Shown: one piece after another, positions 8,060-17,915 of the stretch | How positions within the stretch are numbered: position 1 is the stretch's first letter | Layout: every line of letters starts with the position of its first letter | IMG/VR virus record: IMGVR_UViG_3300044636_000374 | Location: 1-58,944 of that record | Origin: a virus | Lineage: Duplodnaviria; Caudoviricetes | Reading direction: 5' to 3' (one strand) | Length of the DNA stretch: 58,944 nucleotides | Notes under the pieces: generated by a model | Databases searched by the model: none | What the model was told of the DNA's origin: nothing | Seen by the model: the letters and a program-made list of their open reading frames with translations, nothing else | Program-made: the position numbers and the translations under genes

Positions 8060-9555
8060 GCTTGTTATCTCAGAAGGAGGTGAAGGAGTATTTAGAGATT
8101 GCTGAGCGGGTTCCTGCTCAGCAGAGGAAGAAGGTATTACAGTTATTAGAGTTAGATAGGGTAGAGAGGTGTAGAGAGTCTTTCTTATTCTTCGTTCAGC
8201 AGATGTGGCCTGTATTTATCTCTGGTAAGCATCATAAGATCATGGCAGATGCTTTTGAGAGAGTTGCGAACGGAGAGTTAAAGAGGTTGATTATCAACAT
8301 GCCGCCTAGGCATACGAAGTCAGAGTTTGCTAGTTATCTGTTACCTGCGTGGTTTTTGGGGAAGTTTCCAGAAAAGAAGATCATTCAGACAGCCCATACT
8401 GCTGAATTGGCAGTAGGTTTTGGTAGGAAGGTAAGGAACTTAGTTCAATCAGAGTTTTATCAGAGGGTTTTTGGTACAGAGTTGTCTAGTGACTCTAAAG
8501 CCGCTGGTAGATGGAATACAAAGCAGGGTGGTGATTACTTTGCTATCGGGGTAGGTGGTGCTGTTACGGGTAAGGGTGCTGATGTATTGATCATCGACGA
8601 CCCGCATAGTGAGCAGGAGGCAAAACAGAACAATCCTGCCGTGTATGACGCGGTGTATGAGTGGTATACCTCCGGGCCTAGGCAGAGGTTACAACCGGGC
8701 GGGGCGATTATTATCGTTATGACCCGGTGGTCTAAGAGAGACTTAGCCGGGCAGATTCTTAAGAACTCTAGTAAGGATGGGACGGATAACTGGGAGGTGA
8801 TTGAATTCCCGGCGATCCTTCCGTCTGGTACACCGTTATGGCCCGGGTTCTGGAAGAAAGAAGAACTAGAAGCTATCAAAGCTGAGATCCCGGTAGCTAA
8901 ATGGGAAGCTCAGTATCAACAGAATCCCACCTCGGAAGAAGGTGCGATTGTCAAAAGAGATCAATGGAGACTCTGGGAGGATGAAGATCCTCCTGAGTGT
9001 GAATACATCATCCAGAGCTGGGATACGGCGTTTGAAAAGTCCAATAGGGCAGACTTCTCCGCCTGTACCACGTGGGGCATCTTCCAAAAAGAAAACGAAA
9101 AAGGCTATATGCAGCCTAACATTATTATGTTAGATGCCGTTAAAGAGCGTTTAGAGTTCCCGGAGTTAAAGAAGAAGGCCTTTGATATGTGGAAGGAGTG
9201 GAATCCTGACACGTTGATAATTGAGAAGAGAGCCGCTGGAGCGCCTCTTGTTTATGAGTTAAGAAGGATGGGGATTCCTTTATCGGAGTACACCCCTTAT
9301 AAGGGACAGGATAAGATTGCGCGGGTGAACTCTATAGCTGACTTATTTGCTTCCGGCGTTGTCTGGCGACCGGATACAAGGTGGGCAGAAGAAGTCGTAG
9401 AAGAGATGGCATCTTTCCCTAACGGGGATCACGACGATCTTGTTGACTCCACATCTCAAGCGTTAATGAGATTCAGACAGGGTGGGTTTATTACTGTTCA
9501 GTCAGACGAACAGGATGAACCGTCTTACTTCAGACGGAAAGTTGAATACTACTGA
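8056..9555 (+). CDS. terL: Terminase large subunit
   Basis: Walker A MPPRHTKS, Walker B LIIDDP, RNase H-like SWDTA and FPNGDHDDLVD. Confidence 0.95.
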   Translation: MSLLSQKEVKEYLEIAERVPAQQRKKVLQLLELDRVERCRESFLFFVQQMWPVFISGKHHKIMADAFERVANGELKRLIINMPPRHTKSEFASYLLPAWFLGKFPEKKIIQTAHTAELAVGFGRKVRNLVQSEFYQRVFGTELSSDSKAAGRWNTKQGGDYFAIGVGGAVTGKGADVLIIDDPHSEQEAKQNNPAVYDAVYEWYTSGPRQRLQPGGAIIIVMTRWSKRDLAGQILKNSSKDGTDNWEVIEFPAILPSGTPLWPGFWKKEELEAIKAEIPVAKWEAQYQQNPTSEEGAIVKRDQWRLWEDEDPPECEYIIQSWDTAFEKSNRADFSACTTWGIFQKENEKGYMQPNIIMLDAVKERLEFPELKKKAFDMWKEWNPDTLIIEKRAAGAPLVYELRRMGIPLSEYTPYKGQDKIARVNSIADLFASGVVWRPDTRWAEEVVEEMASFPNGDHDDLVDSTSQALMRFRQGGFITVQSDEQDEPSYFRRKVEYY

Positions 9556-9563
9556 GGACCATC

Positions 9564-11939
9564 ATGGCAACGAATATTGCTCAAGCGCTTGTGCCGTTAG
9601 ATCTCTCACAGATGTCAGACGAACCTGCGATTGAGATTGAAATTGAAGACCCGGAATCAGTCTCTATCAGTCTTGACGGTTTAGAGATTGACCTTATGCC
9701 GGAAGAACCTGAGTTCGATGCTAACTTGGCAGAACTCATAGATGAGAGTGAGCTACAAAAGATCTCGTCCGACCTGCTAGGTCAGGTAGATGACGACATC
9801 AACTCTAGGAAAGACTGGGCAGATATGTTCGTAAAAGGACTGGAAGTCCTTGGGATGAAGTACGAAGAGAGAGCAGAGCCTTGGTTAGGTGCTTGTGGTG
9901 TCTATAGTCCTGTCTTAACAGAAGCTGCCATCAGGTTTCAGTCTGAGATGATTACTGAGACTTTCCCGGCCCAAGGTCCGGTTAAGACGCAGATCATAGG
10001 AGAGGAAACCCAACAGAACAAAGAAGCCGCTGAACGTGTCCGGGACGATATGAACTACCGTCTAACGGATGAAATGATTGAATACCGTTCAGAGCATGAA
10101 AGGCTTCTTTACGCTCTAGGCTTAAGTGGCAGTGCCTTTAAGAAGGTTTACTACGATCCTAGCCTAGGTAGACAAGCAGCACCTTTTATCCCGGCAGAAG
10201 ACATCATCATGCCGTACGGGGTGTCTAATATCTACAGCGCTGGGCGCGTAGCGCACGTTATGAGGAAGCCTAAGAACGACCTGAAAAAGCTACAGGTAGC
10301 AGGTTTCTATAGAGATATCGACTTAGGCGATCCTGTTCGGATCTTTACCGATATTGAAAAAAAGAAAGCTGAAGAGCAAGGCTACAGCCTGACGGATGAT
10401 GATCGGTATCAAGTCTTAGAGATTCATGTTGATTACGACCTACCGGGATACGAAGACCCGGATGGTGTAGCGCTTCCTTATGTCATCACGATTGACCGTG
10501 GGTCTACTAAGGTTCTAGCCATTCGTAGGAATTACGAAGAAGGCGACTCTTTAAAACAGAAACGTCAACACTTTGTCCAGTACAACTTTATCAACGGATT
10601 TGGTGCTTATGGATTGGGTTACATCCACCTTATCGGCGGTTACGCCCGGGCTGGAACGTCCATTATTCGGCAGTTGGTAGATGCTGGAACGCTCTCTAAC
10701 CTGCCGGGCGGTCTTAAGACCAGAGGTCTTAGGATTAAAGGAGATGACACTCCTATCGCTCCCGGAGAGTTTAGAGATGTAGACGTACCTAGTGGGTCGG
10801 TGCGTGAAAACATCATGCCGCTGCCTTATAAGGAGCCCAGTCAGGTTCTGGCGGCGTTGTTAGAAAAAATCACAGATGACGCCCGTAGATTGGTAGGTAT
10901 CGCAGATCTTAAGATCAGTGATATGTCCGCCCAAGCCCCGGTCGGGACGACGTTAGCAATCCTTGAGAGACAGTTAAAGACCATGAGCGCGGTTCAAGCT
11001 CGTGTCCACGACAGCCTCAAGATGGAGTTCAAGCTACTTAAGAAGATCATTCGTGACTACATGCCGCCGGATTACAGCTACACCCCGGTGGGAGGTAATA
11101 GGGACGTTAAACAGTCCGACTATGACCTAGTAGAAGTCATCCCCGTATCTGATCCTAACGCCTCTACGATGGCGCAACGGATTATGCAGTACCAAGCTGC
11201 TCTTCAGTTAGCCCAAGGCGCACCTCAGATCTATAACCTGCCCCAGCTTCATAGGCAGATGCTGGAGGTGTTGGGAGTTAAAAACGCGGAAAAGTTGGTA
11301 CCTATCGAGGATGATCAAAAACCGCGTGATCCTGTGTCAGAAAACATGAGTTTCTTAACAGGAAAACCAACAAAAGCGTTTATTTATCAGGATCACCAAG
11401 CTCATATTTCTACCCATTTAGCCCTGTTACAAGACCCAACCATCATGCAAATGATTGGTCAAACTCCAATGGCTCAGCAGATTCAGGGAGCCATCATGTC
11501 TCACGTAGCAGAACATATGGCGTTTAAGTACCGAAGCCAAGTAGAAGAGCAATTAGGCGTTCCTATGACCCCGCCAGATGCAGAACTGCCAGAAGAAGTA
11601 GAAGTTCAGCTTTCTAGATTGGTAGCGCAGGCTGCACAGCAGCTTCTACAAACCAATCAAGCCCAAGCTCAACAGCAACAAGCGCAGCAAATGGCGCAAA
11701 ACCCGATGTTGCAGATGCAACAGGCGGAACTCCAACTGCGGGCAGAGGAGCTAAAGCGGAAAGAAGCTGATAGTCAAAGAGATTACGAGATCGCCCAGCA
11801 AAAACTCAGGCTAGAGCAGGAAAAACTGGCTATTGAAGCCCAAAAAGAGGTGGCAAGGATTCAAAATCAAGAGCGAACTATAGATAAAAAGCTAAAAACA
11901 GACATGTTGAAACACCTCACTAAGCCAACCAAAAGGTAA
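9564..11939 (+). CDS. Portal protein
   Basis: 791 aa directly after TerL; GSAFKKVYYD motif; Q-rich coiled C-terminus as in podovirus portals. Confidence 0.88.
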   Translation: MATNIAQALVPLDLSQMSDEPAIEIEIEDPESVSISLDGLEIDLMPEEPEFDANLAELIDESELQKISSDLLGQVDDDINSRKDWADMFVKGLEVLGMKYEERAEPWLGACGVYSPVLTEAAIRFQSEMITETFPAQGPVKTQIIGEETQQNKEAAERVRDDMNYRLTDEMIEYRSEHERLLYALGLSGSAFKKVYYDPSLGRQAAPFIPAEDIIMPYGVSNIYSAGRVAHVMRKPKNDLKKLQVAGFYRDIDLGDPVRIFTDIEKKKAEEQGYSLTDDDRYQVLEIHVDYDLPGYEDPDGVALPYVITIDRGSTKVLAIRRNYEEGDSLKQKRQHFVQYNFINGFGAYGLGYIHLIGGYARAGTSIIRQLVDAGTLSNLPGGLKTRGLRIKGDDTPIAPGEFRDVDVPSGSVRENIMPLPYKEPSQVLAALLEKITDDARRLVGIADLKISDMSAQAPVGTTLAILERQLKTMSAVQARVHDSLKMEFKLLKKIIRDYMPPDYSYTPVGGNRDVKQSDYDLVEVIPVSDPNASTMAQRIMQYQAALQLAQGAPQIYNLPQLHRQMLEVLGVKNAEKLVPIEDDQKPRDPVSENMSFLTGKPTKAFIYQDHQAHISTHLALLQDPTIMQMIGQTPMAQQIQGAIMSHVAEHMAFKYRSQVEEQLGVPMTPPDAELPEEVEVQLSRLVAQAAQQLLQTNQAQAQQQQAQQMAQNPMLQMQQAELQLRAEELKRKEADSQRDYEIAQQKLRLEQEKLAIEAQKEVARIQNQERTIDKKLKTDMLKHLTKPTKR

Positions 11940-11953
11940 AAGGTAACCAATAG

Positions 11954-12148
11954 ATGAACACTACTGCGATCTTCGTAGTGATTAAAGAACTTAATGACCG
12001 GCGGGAAACCATCTCAAAAGCGCTTGCGGACGGTTCAGCGCGAGATTACGCCGAATACAGAGCAATGGCAGGAGAAATCCAAGGTCTTTCTCTTGCACAT
12101 TCCCTCGTAACCGACCTTGTGCGACAACTGGAGTATGACGATGAGTGA
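11954..12148 (+). CDS. Small hypothetical protein of the head module
   Basis: DYAEYR..AGEIQGL motif; between portal and GroES-like gene. Confidence 0.7.
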   Translation: MNTTAIFVVIKELNDRRETISKALADGSARDYAEYRAMAGEIQGLSLAHSLVTDLVRQLEYDDE

Positions 12149-12545
12149 GCTTTTGATCGCCACCGGGGAGAATTCCATCCCCACACACCTTCCGGAGACC
12201 CCGGAGGAAAAGGCAAGACAACTGCCTATACCTGTTACGTATCACATTCTCTGTGCTTTACCAGAGATTGAAGACGAATACGAAAGCGGGCTAGTCAAAG
12301 CCGGACAAACGCTTCATTACGAAGAAGTGATGTCGCCGGTTTTGTTTGTAGTTGCGCTCGGGCCGGATTGTTATAAAGACAAAGAACGGTTTCCCAGCGG
12401 GCCTTCGTGCAAGAAAGGGGACTTTATTCTGGTTAGACCTAATACAGGAACCAGAATCAAGATTCACGGCAGAGAGTTTCGTCTGATCAACGACGATTCT
12501 GTTGAAGCCGTTGTAGAAGATCCGCGCGGCGTGTCGAGGGCTTAA
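12141..12545 (+). CDS. GroES/Cpn10-like co-chaperonin
   Basis: SGLV mobile-loop region, VVALGPD, KKGDFILV, GTRIKIHGREFRLINDDSVEAVV; GGAG RBS before ATG 12141. Confidence 0.75.
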   Translation: MSELLIATGENSIPTHLPETPEEKARQLPIPVTYHILCALPEIEDEYESGLVKAGQTLHYEEVMSPVLFVVALGPDCYKDKERFPSGPSCKKGDFILVRPNTGTRIKIHGREFRLINDDSVEAVVEDPRGVSRA

Positions 12546-12547
12546 TC

Positions 12548-13474
12548 ATGGATACAGAAAAGTTTAAATTCCCGGATGAAAAACCGGTCAAGGCAGAAGA
12601 AGAGAAGCTGGAAGTATCAGTTGAAAGCGATGTCGAAGTAGAAGTAGTAGACGACACGCCTGAAGCAGATCGCAACCGTCCTCCTATGAAAGAGGCTCCT
12701 GCCGATGTTACTGATGAAGAGCTTGCCAGCTATTCTGAAAACGCCAAAAAGCGTATTCAGCATTTCTCAAAGGGATATCACGAAGAACGTAGAGCCAAAG
12801 AATCGGCTTTGCGTGAACGAGAAGAAGCTCTGCGCCTTGCTCAGTCCGTTATCGAAGAGAACAAAAAACTCCAAAGTAACCTCGGCCAAGGCCAGCAGGC
12901 TCTCTTAGAGCAGGCTAAAAAAGTTGTCGCGCAGGAATTAGAACAGGCTAAACGGCAGTATAAAGAAGCCTACGAGTCTGGCGATTCCGATAAATTGGTT
13001 GACGCGCAGGAAGCATTAACAAGCGCGAAAATCAAAGCTGAGCGCGTAAATAACTTTAAACCCGCTTTACAAAAACCAAAACCTGTTGTACAACCCGATC
13101 CAGAGCCAGTTGTACCGCAAGTTGACCCCAAAGTTAATGCGTGGCGAGAAGCCAATCCTTGGTTTGGGGATAACAAGCGAATGACAGCGATGGCTTTAAC
13201 GATTCACCAAGAACTTGTGGATAGTGGAGTTGATACACGGAGTGACGAGTATTTTGGCCGTATTAACGCAGAAATGCGCCAAGTTTTCCCTGATGCGTTC
13301 CCCTCAGAGAAACCGGTGAAGAAAGCATCTGTTGTAGCACCTGCCACACGTAACACTGCGCCCAGAAAGATCGTGTTAACGAGGACACAAGAAACTTTAG
13401 CCAAGCGGTTAGGACTGACGAATGAGCAGTACGCCCGTGCGGTAGCGGAAGAGATGAGGAAACAAAATGGCTGA
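12548..13474 (+). CDS. Putative capsid scaffolding protein
   Basis: Acidic N-terminus, long coiled coil, W..ANPWFG, C-terminal AKRLGLT.EQYA; upstream of the capsid genes. Confidence 0.65.
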   Translation: MDTEKFKFPDEKPVKAEEEKLEVSVESDVEVEVVDDTPEADRNRPPMKEAPADVTDEELASYSENAKKRIQHFSKGYHEERRAKESALREREEALRLAQSVIEENKKLQSNLGQGQQALLEQAKKVVAQELEQAKRQYKEAYESGDSDKLVDAQEALTSAKIKAERVNNFKPALQKPKPVVQPDPEPVVPQVDPKVNAWREANPWFGDNKRMTAMALTIHQELVDSGVDTRSDEYFGRINAEMRQVFPDAFPSEKPVKKASVVAPATRNTAPRKIVLTRTQETLAKRLGLTNEQYARAVAEEMRKQNG

Positions 13475-13919
13475 ACGTACCCCCCGAGATCAAGAAACCC
13501 GTGCTAAATACGAGCGGCCCGCGAAGTGGATGCCTCCACAGCTTTTGCCTGACCCCACCCCGGAACCCGGTTATGCTTTCCGCTGGATTCGTGTAGGTTT
13601 TATGGGTAAAGACGATGCGCGAAATGTTTCTTCCAAGCTCCGCGAAGGTTGGGAACCTGTAAAGGCTTCTGAGCATCCCGAAATCCAATTGATGGCAACC
13701 GGGGAACGGCCCCGATTCCCAGACAGTATTGAGATTGGTGGACTCTTACTTTGCAAAACCCCAATCGAGTTTGTTGACCAACGCAATAAGTTCTATGAAC
13801 AGCAGGCGGAAAGTCAAATGACCTCGGTAGACAACCACTTCATGAGCCAAAACGATCCTCGCATGCCGGTGTTTAAAGAGCGCCGGAGCGAAGTAAGGTT
13901 TGGCAGTAACGCGAAATAA
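13467..13919 (+). CDS. Hypothetical head-module protein
   Basis: GYAFRWIR...REGWEPV...GGLLLCK; coupled to the scaffold gene. Confidence 0.75.
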   Translation: MAERTPRDQETRAKYERPAKWMPPQLLPDPTPEPGYAFRWIRVGFMGKDDARNVSSKLREGWEPVKASEHPEIQLMATGERPRFPDSIEIGGLLLCKTPIEFVDQRNKFYEQQAESQMTSVDNHFMSQNDPRMPVFKERRSEVRFGSNAK

Positions 13920-13933
13920 TTCAGGAGTCTTAA

Positions 13934-14764
13934 ATGGCTTACCCCACGGTTGATAAGCCCTACGGGCTAAAGCCGATCAATCTGATCGGTGGGCAGGTGT
14001 TCGCCGGTTCTACGCGGATGTATAACATTACTTACGCGTACGCCACGGACATTTTCTATGGTGACTTCGTTGCGCTCGTTCGCGGCAATCTTGAGCGGAT
14101 TAGCGTTTCGACCGGCACCGTTGGCACCCTTGTTGGTGTCTTTCTCGGCTGTTCGTTCACCAACCCGACGACCAAGCAGAAGCAGTTCTCGCAGAACTGG
14201 GTGGCTAGTACTGCCGCTGGTGATTGCGTTGCTTATGTTTGCGACGACCCGGATACGGTGTTCCAAGCTGCGGTTTGCTCGGCCACAACCGTTATTGCTT
14301 CTGGCGCTCGCGCCATGATCGGTCAGAACCTTGCGTGTATCAACAACACCGGCAATTCAAATACTGGCAACTCGTTGAACGCACTGCTGGCACCGACGGA
14401 CACCCCCGCAACCACGGATGCGCTTCCAATTCGTGTTCTGGGTGTTGTGCCTGAGACCGCTGTGTCGCTTGGTACTGCAACGTTCACTAGCATTTCGACC
14501 GCCACCGTTACTTGCTCGGCTCTGCCTTTTGCACTGCCCGTAGGTACGGATGTTGGTAGTCTTGCTTCAAACGGGCAGTACATCCCGTCCGGTTCGTTTG
14601 TAGATACCGCCGCCGCTGCTGGTGCCACCTCGTTTGTTCTAAATCAAGCGCCTTTGGTGGCGTTTGCTTCTAGCGCAACGTTGGTGTTTACCCAGTTCCC
14701 CGAGCTGTTGGTTAAGCTCAACTTCGGTCAGCACGAGTATTACGCTGCCACCGCGACGGCCTAA
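13934..14764 (+). CDS. Putative capsid decoration/cement protein
   Basis: AGGAG RBS; PYGLKP..IFYGD.V..DDP pattern; beta-rich; immediately before the major capsid gene. Confidence 0.6.
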   Translation: MAYPTVDKPYGLKPINLIGGQVFAGSTRMYNITYAYATDIFYGDFVALVRGNLERISVSTGTVGTLVGVFLGCSFTNPTTKQKQFSQNWVASTAAGDCVAYVCDDPDTVFQAAVCSATTVIASGARAMIGQNLACINNTGNSNTGNSLNALLAPTDTPATTDALPIRVLGVVPETAVSLGTATFTSISTATVTCSALPFALPVGTDVGSLASNGQYIPSGSFVDTAAAAGATSFVLNQAPLVAFASSATLVFTQFPELLVKLNFGQHEYYAATATA

Positions 14765-14776
14765 AGGAGTTAAGTC

Positions 14777-15688
14777 ATGGCTATTTCACGCGCACAACTA
14801 CTGAAAGAACTCCTCCCGGGGCTTAATGCACTGTTCGGTCTGGAGTACAACCGTTACGGCGAAGAACACAAAGAGATCTACGAAACCGAGACCTCTGAGC
14901 GTTCGTTCGAAGAAGAGACCAAGCTTGCTGGTTTCTCCGCCGCTCCGGTCAAGAACGAAGGTCAGGCAATTGCGTATGACAATGCGCAAGAAGCATGGAC
15001 TGCACGTTATAACCACGAAACCATTGCGATGGGTTTCTCTATCACCGAAGAGGCGATGGAAGACAACCTGTATGACAGCCTCTCGGCTCGTTATACCAAA
15101 GCACTGGCTCGTGCTATGGCGTACACCAAGCAGGTTAAAGCCGCTGCCGTTCTGAACAATGGCTTTAGCTCCGCTGTGACCTACGGCGACGGCGTAAGCC
15201 TGTTCTCGACCGCTCACCCGCTGGTCTCTGGTGGCACCAACAGCAACCGCCCATCTACCGGCGCAGACCTGAATGAAACCTCCCTTGAGGCGGCTGTCAT
15301 TCAGATCGCTGCGTGGACCGATGAACGTGGTCTGCTGATCGCTGCAAAACCCCGGAAACTCATTGTTCCCCCGGCGCTCATGTTCGTTGCAACCCGCCTG
15401 CTCGAAACGGAACTCCGTGTCTCGACGGCTGATAACGACATCAACGCCATCAAGAGCAATGGTTCGATCCCGGAAGGTTATGCAGTTAACCACTTCCTGA
15501 CCGATACCAACGCGTGGTTCCTTACGACCGACGTTCCCAACGGACTTAAGCACTTCGTCCGTACGCCGCTCTCCACCTCCATGGATGGCGACTTCGATAC
15601 CGGGAATGCTAGGTATAAGGCCCGCGAGCGGTATTCGTTCGGGGTGTCGGACCCGCTCGGCATATTTGGGAGCCCTGGCGCTTCTTAA
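14777..15688 (+). CDS. Major capsid protein (HK97 fold, Mu gpT-like)
   Basis: MAISRAQLLKELLPGL; DGVSLFSTAHP; KLIVPPAL; ARERYSFG; strong RBS; followed by a terminator. Confidence 0.9.
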   Translation: MAISRAQLLKELLPGLNALFGLEYNRYGEEHKEIYETETSERSFEEETKLAGFSAAPVKNEGQAIAYDNAQEAWTARYNHETIAMGFSITEEAMEDNLYDSLSARYTKALARAMAYTKQVKAAAVLNNGFSSAVTYGDGVSLFSTAHPLVSGGTNSNRPSTGADLNETSLEAAVIQIAAWTDERGLLIAAKPRKLIVPPALMFVATRLLETELRVSTADNDINAIKSNGSIPEGYAVNHFLTDTNAWFLTTDVPNGLKHFVRTPLSTSMDGDFDTGNARYKARERYSFGVSDPLGIFGSPGAS

Positions 15689-15689
15689 A

Positions 15690-15702
15690 AATCAAGCACT
15701 TA
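15690..15702 (+). promoter_or_regulatory. Possible IHF site
   Basis: AATCAAGCACTTA fits WATCAANNNNTTR. Confidence 0.3.
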
Positions 15703-15712
15703 GCTAGATTTG

Positions 15713-15735
15713 AGCCCCCGAAAGGGGGCTTTTTT
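15713..15735 (+). terminator. Intrinsic terminator after the capsid gene
   Basis: AGCCCCC-GAAA-GGGGGCT followed by T5. Confidence 0.88.
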
Positions 15736-15743
15736 ATTGCTTA

Positions 15744-15772
15744 TTGACACGCTGTTTGTAACCTGATAAAAA
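15744..15772 (+). promoter_or_regulatory. Possible sigma70 promoter
   Basis: TTGACA-N17-TAAAAA with extended TG. Confidence 0.45.
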
Positions 15773-15778
15773 GAGTTA

Positions 15779-15855
15779 TTCCGGGGTTATCCGGGAGAAC
15801 TGACTGGTCCCGGCCAGACGACATGCAGACAGTCTCCCTAGCTCGCATGTGAGGA
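15779..15855 (+). ncRNA. Structured leader RNA downstream of the capsid gene (possibly the Mu-gpT-DE motif)
   Basis: GGGAG-A-ACTG/CAGT-CTCCC stem, inner CTGGT/GCCAG hairpin, ACATGC/GCATGT pairing that abuts the RBS; location fits the Mu-gpT downstream element. Confidence 0.55.
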
Positions 15856-15858
15856 ATC

Positions 15859-16383
15859 ATGGCTAATACTTCTTTTTCCGGCCCGGTACGTTCGCAGAAT
15901 GGTTTTGAGACCATCTCTGTTAATTCTTCTACTGGCGCTGTCACAGTCGGTCCGGCATTCTCCAGTTCTGGCGTAGTTGCAGCCCCTGTATCGCTGGCTG
16001 ATGGTAATGCTTCGTTAACCGCCGCTGTTAACGCTGGTCGGATTAACATTGTCCCCAACGGTACGCAGGACAACACCTATACTCTCCCGGCTCCTGTTGC
16101 AGGTCTGATGTTTACGTTCGTGTATGGCGGCGGTGCTGCTGACGCTACGGACTTCATCATCAACACCGGGTCGAACACCAATTACTTTATTGGTGGTGTT
16201 GCGTTTAACGACACGGATGATGGTGCTGCGTCTGTTGTGTTCTCGGACGGGAACTCTAATAGCAAGCTTCAGGTCAACGTCCCCGCCGCTGCGCAGATTA
16301 ACGTTCTGGCGATTAACGGAACTAACTGGCAGGTGTGGGGTAGCGTCACTGGTGCAACTGCTCCTGCTTTTGCTGACCAGTAA
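15859..16383 (+). CDS. Putative virion structural protein
   Basis: MANTSFSGPVRS start; YTLPAP..GLMFTF; beta-rich; GAGG RBS. Confidence 0.75.
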   Translation: MANTSFSGPVRSQNGFETISVNSSTGAVTVGPAFSSSGVVAAPVSLADGNASLTAAVNAGRINIVPNGTQDNTYTLPAPVAGLMFTFVYGGGAADATDFIINTGSNTNYFIGGVAFNDTDDGAASVVFSDGNSNSKLQVNVPAAAQINVLAINGTNWQVWGSVTGATAPAFADQ

Positions 16384-16395
16384 TAGGAGTCCGTC

Positions 16396-16986
16396 ATGCA
16401 ATATGACGTATGGGCAGTAACGCCTGCGACGGACGATGCCTATTATCGGGCGAATGCGTCTATCGCAGGTGCAGGTTTGCTTCCGCTGTTAGCCAACACG
16501 GTTGGGCCTAATGGGTATGGTTACAAGGTAATCATTACCTCTGCTGGGAACGATTCCGGTATTACGTTCACGATCACTGGAATTAAAGTTGGTGATCTGT
16601 CTAATACCGTTGTCAGTGAAACGCTGACCGGCCCGAATGCCACGACCGTTACCTCGTCTAACTACTACGCTCGTGTTGAGTCCATCACGGCTAGCGGAGC
16701 GTCGGCTGGGAACGTCAAGATTGGTACGACGGGAAGTCTTGCTCTCCCCCGGACCCGTATCAAAGGTTTGTACTTTGTTGGAACCGGCACCGCAGGTTCT
16801 ATTAAGTTCAACACCAATGATCTTGCTAGCGCCTTGCGGCTTCAGGTAAATACTCCTGCGTCAGCCATTGCGGTTAATAGCCTGTATATGGCAGCAGAGG
16901 GTATCTTGACTACGCTAGGGTCTAATCAAGACTACTGTGTGGTGACGTTGACCAACGTGACCTTCTGCACCATCATCTGCGGGTAA
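16396..16986 (+). CDS. Putative virion structural protein
   Basis: AGGAG RBS; beta-rich; late operon position. Confidence 0.7.
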   Translation: MQYDVWAVTPATDDAYYRANASIAGAGLLPLLANTVGPNGYGYKVIITSAGNDSGITFTITGIKVGDLSNTVVSETLTGPNATTVTSSNYYARVESITASGASAGNVKIGTTGSLALPRTRIKGLYFVGTGTAGSIKFNTNDLASALRLQVNTPASAIAVNSLYMAAEGILTTLGSNQDYCVVTLTNVTFCTIICG

Positions 16987-16988
16987 GC

Positions 16989-17240
16989 ATGAAGACGCCA
17001 GCATGGCAGCGATCAGAAGGCAAGAATCCCTCTGGTGGTTTGAATGCCAAAGGACGCGCCAGCTACAACAAAGCCAATCCGGGGAAGCCGGGGCTCAAGG
17101 CCCCGCAACCGGAAGGCGGTTCAAGGAAGAAATCATTCTGTGCCCGTATGACGGGGATGAAGAAGAAGCTGACTTCAGCGAAGACCGCGAATGACCCAAA
17201 CAGCCGGATCAATAAAAGTTTGAGGAAATGGGCTTGCTAA
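16989..17240 (+). CDS. Small basic protein (DUF6321-like)
   Basis: PAWQRSEGKNPSGGLNAKGRASYN...RKKSFCARM. Confidence 0.7.
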   Translation: MKTPAWQRSEGKNPSGGLNAKGRASYNKANPGKPGLKAPQPEGGSRKKSFCARMTGMKKKLTSAKTANDPNSRINKSLRKWAC

Positions 17241-17241
17241 G

Positions 17242-17472
17242 ATGAACGCACAAGAAATCAAAACCGCTGCTGATGGCGCTGCCGTTGTTGTGGGCGTTGC
17301 TGGTTTTATGCAATGGTTCCCGCCTATTGTTGGTTTGATTGGCGGGGTGTTAACCGTAATATGGTTTGCAATCCGAATCTGGGAAACCGACACAGTAAAA
17401 GGTTTTACTGGGAGGGCAAATGCCAAGCAAGACCAAAGCTCAACACAACTTGATGGCGATGGTCGCCAATGA
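17242..17472 (+). CDS. Small membrane protein (holin-like)
   Basis: Two hydrophobic segments followed by IRIWETDTV. Confidence 0.55.
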   Translation: MNAQEIKTAADGAAVVVGVAGFMQWFPPIVGLIGGVLTVIWFAIRIWETDTVKGFTGRANAKQDQSSTQLDGDGRQ

Positions 17473-17914
17473 CCCCGCAGCTTCTAAACGCCTTGGCATC
17501 CCACAAAAGGTTGGCAAGGAATTCATGCAGGCCGATAAGGGCCGTAAATTCAACCAAGGTGGCGAAATGAAAGAATCGAAAGCTATGATGGGTAAAGAAG
17601 TGGCCTTCATGAAAAAGAAGGGTGCTCCCAAGGCTATGGTCAAGCATGAGATGGCCGAGATGGGCATGAAGAAAGGCGGTTACGCTTCTGGCGGTATGCC
17701 AATGGTTATGAAAGACGGGAAAAAAGTTCCCGCTTTTGCGGCCGATGGCGAAGGCAAGATGAAGGCGGGCGGCATGGCCAAGAAGATGATGGGCGGCGGC
17801 ATGACCTACAAATCCGGCGGTCTTGCACCGGGGCACAAAGCTGCTGACGGTATTGCCAAGAAAGGCAAGACCAAAGCTATGCAGGTCCGCATGATGGGCG
17901 GCGGGAAGTGCTGA
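17420..17914 (+). CDS. Basic K/G/M-rich protein with multiple xxGG motifs
   Basis: FNQGG, MKKGG, YASGG, MKAGG, YKSGG; near the C-terminus ADGIAKKGKTK. Confidence 0.8.
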   Translation: MPSKTKAQHNLMAMVANDPAASKRLGIPQKVGKEFMQADKGRKFNQGGEMKESKAMMGKEVAFMKKKGAPKAMVKHEMAEMGMKKGGYASGGMPMVMKDGKKVPAFAADGEGKMKAGGMAKKMMGGGMTYKSGGLAPGHKAADGIAKKGKTKAMQVRMMGGGKC

Positions 17915-17915
17915 T

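Noticed and set aside
14798-15553. Long antisense ORF over the capsid gene, and many similar shadow ORFs in the track
   Set aside because: Explained by codon bias of the real genes; no RBS or recognisable motifs.
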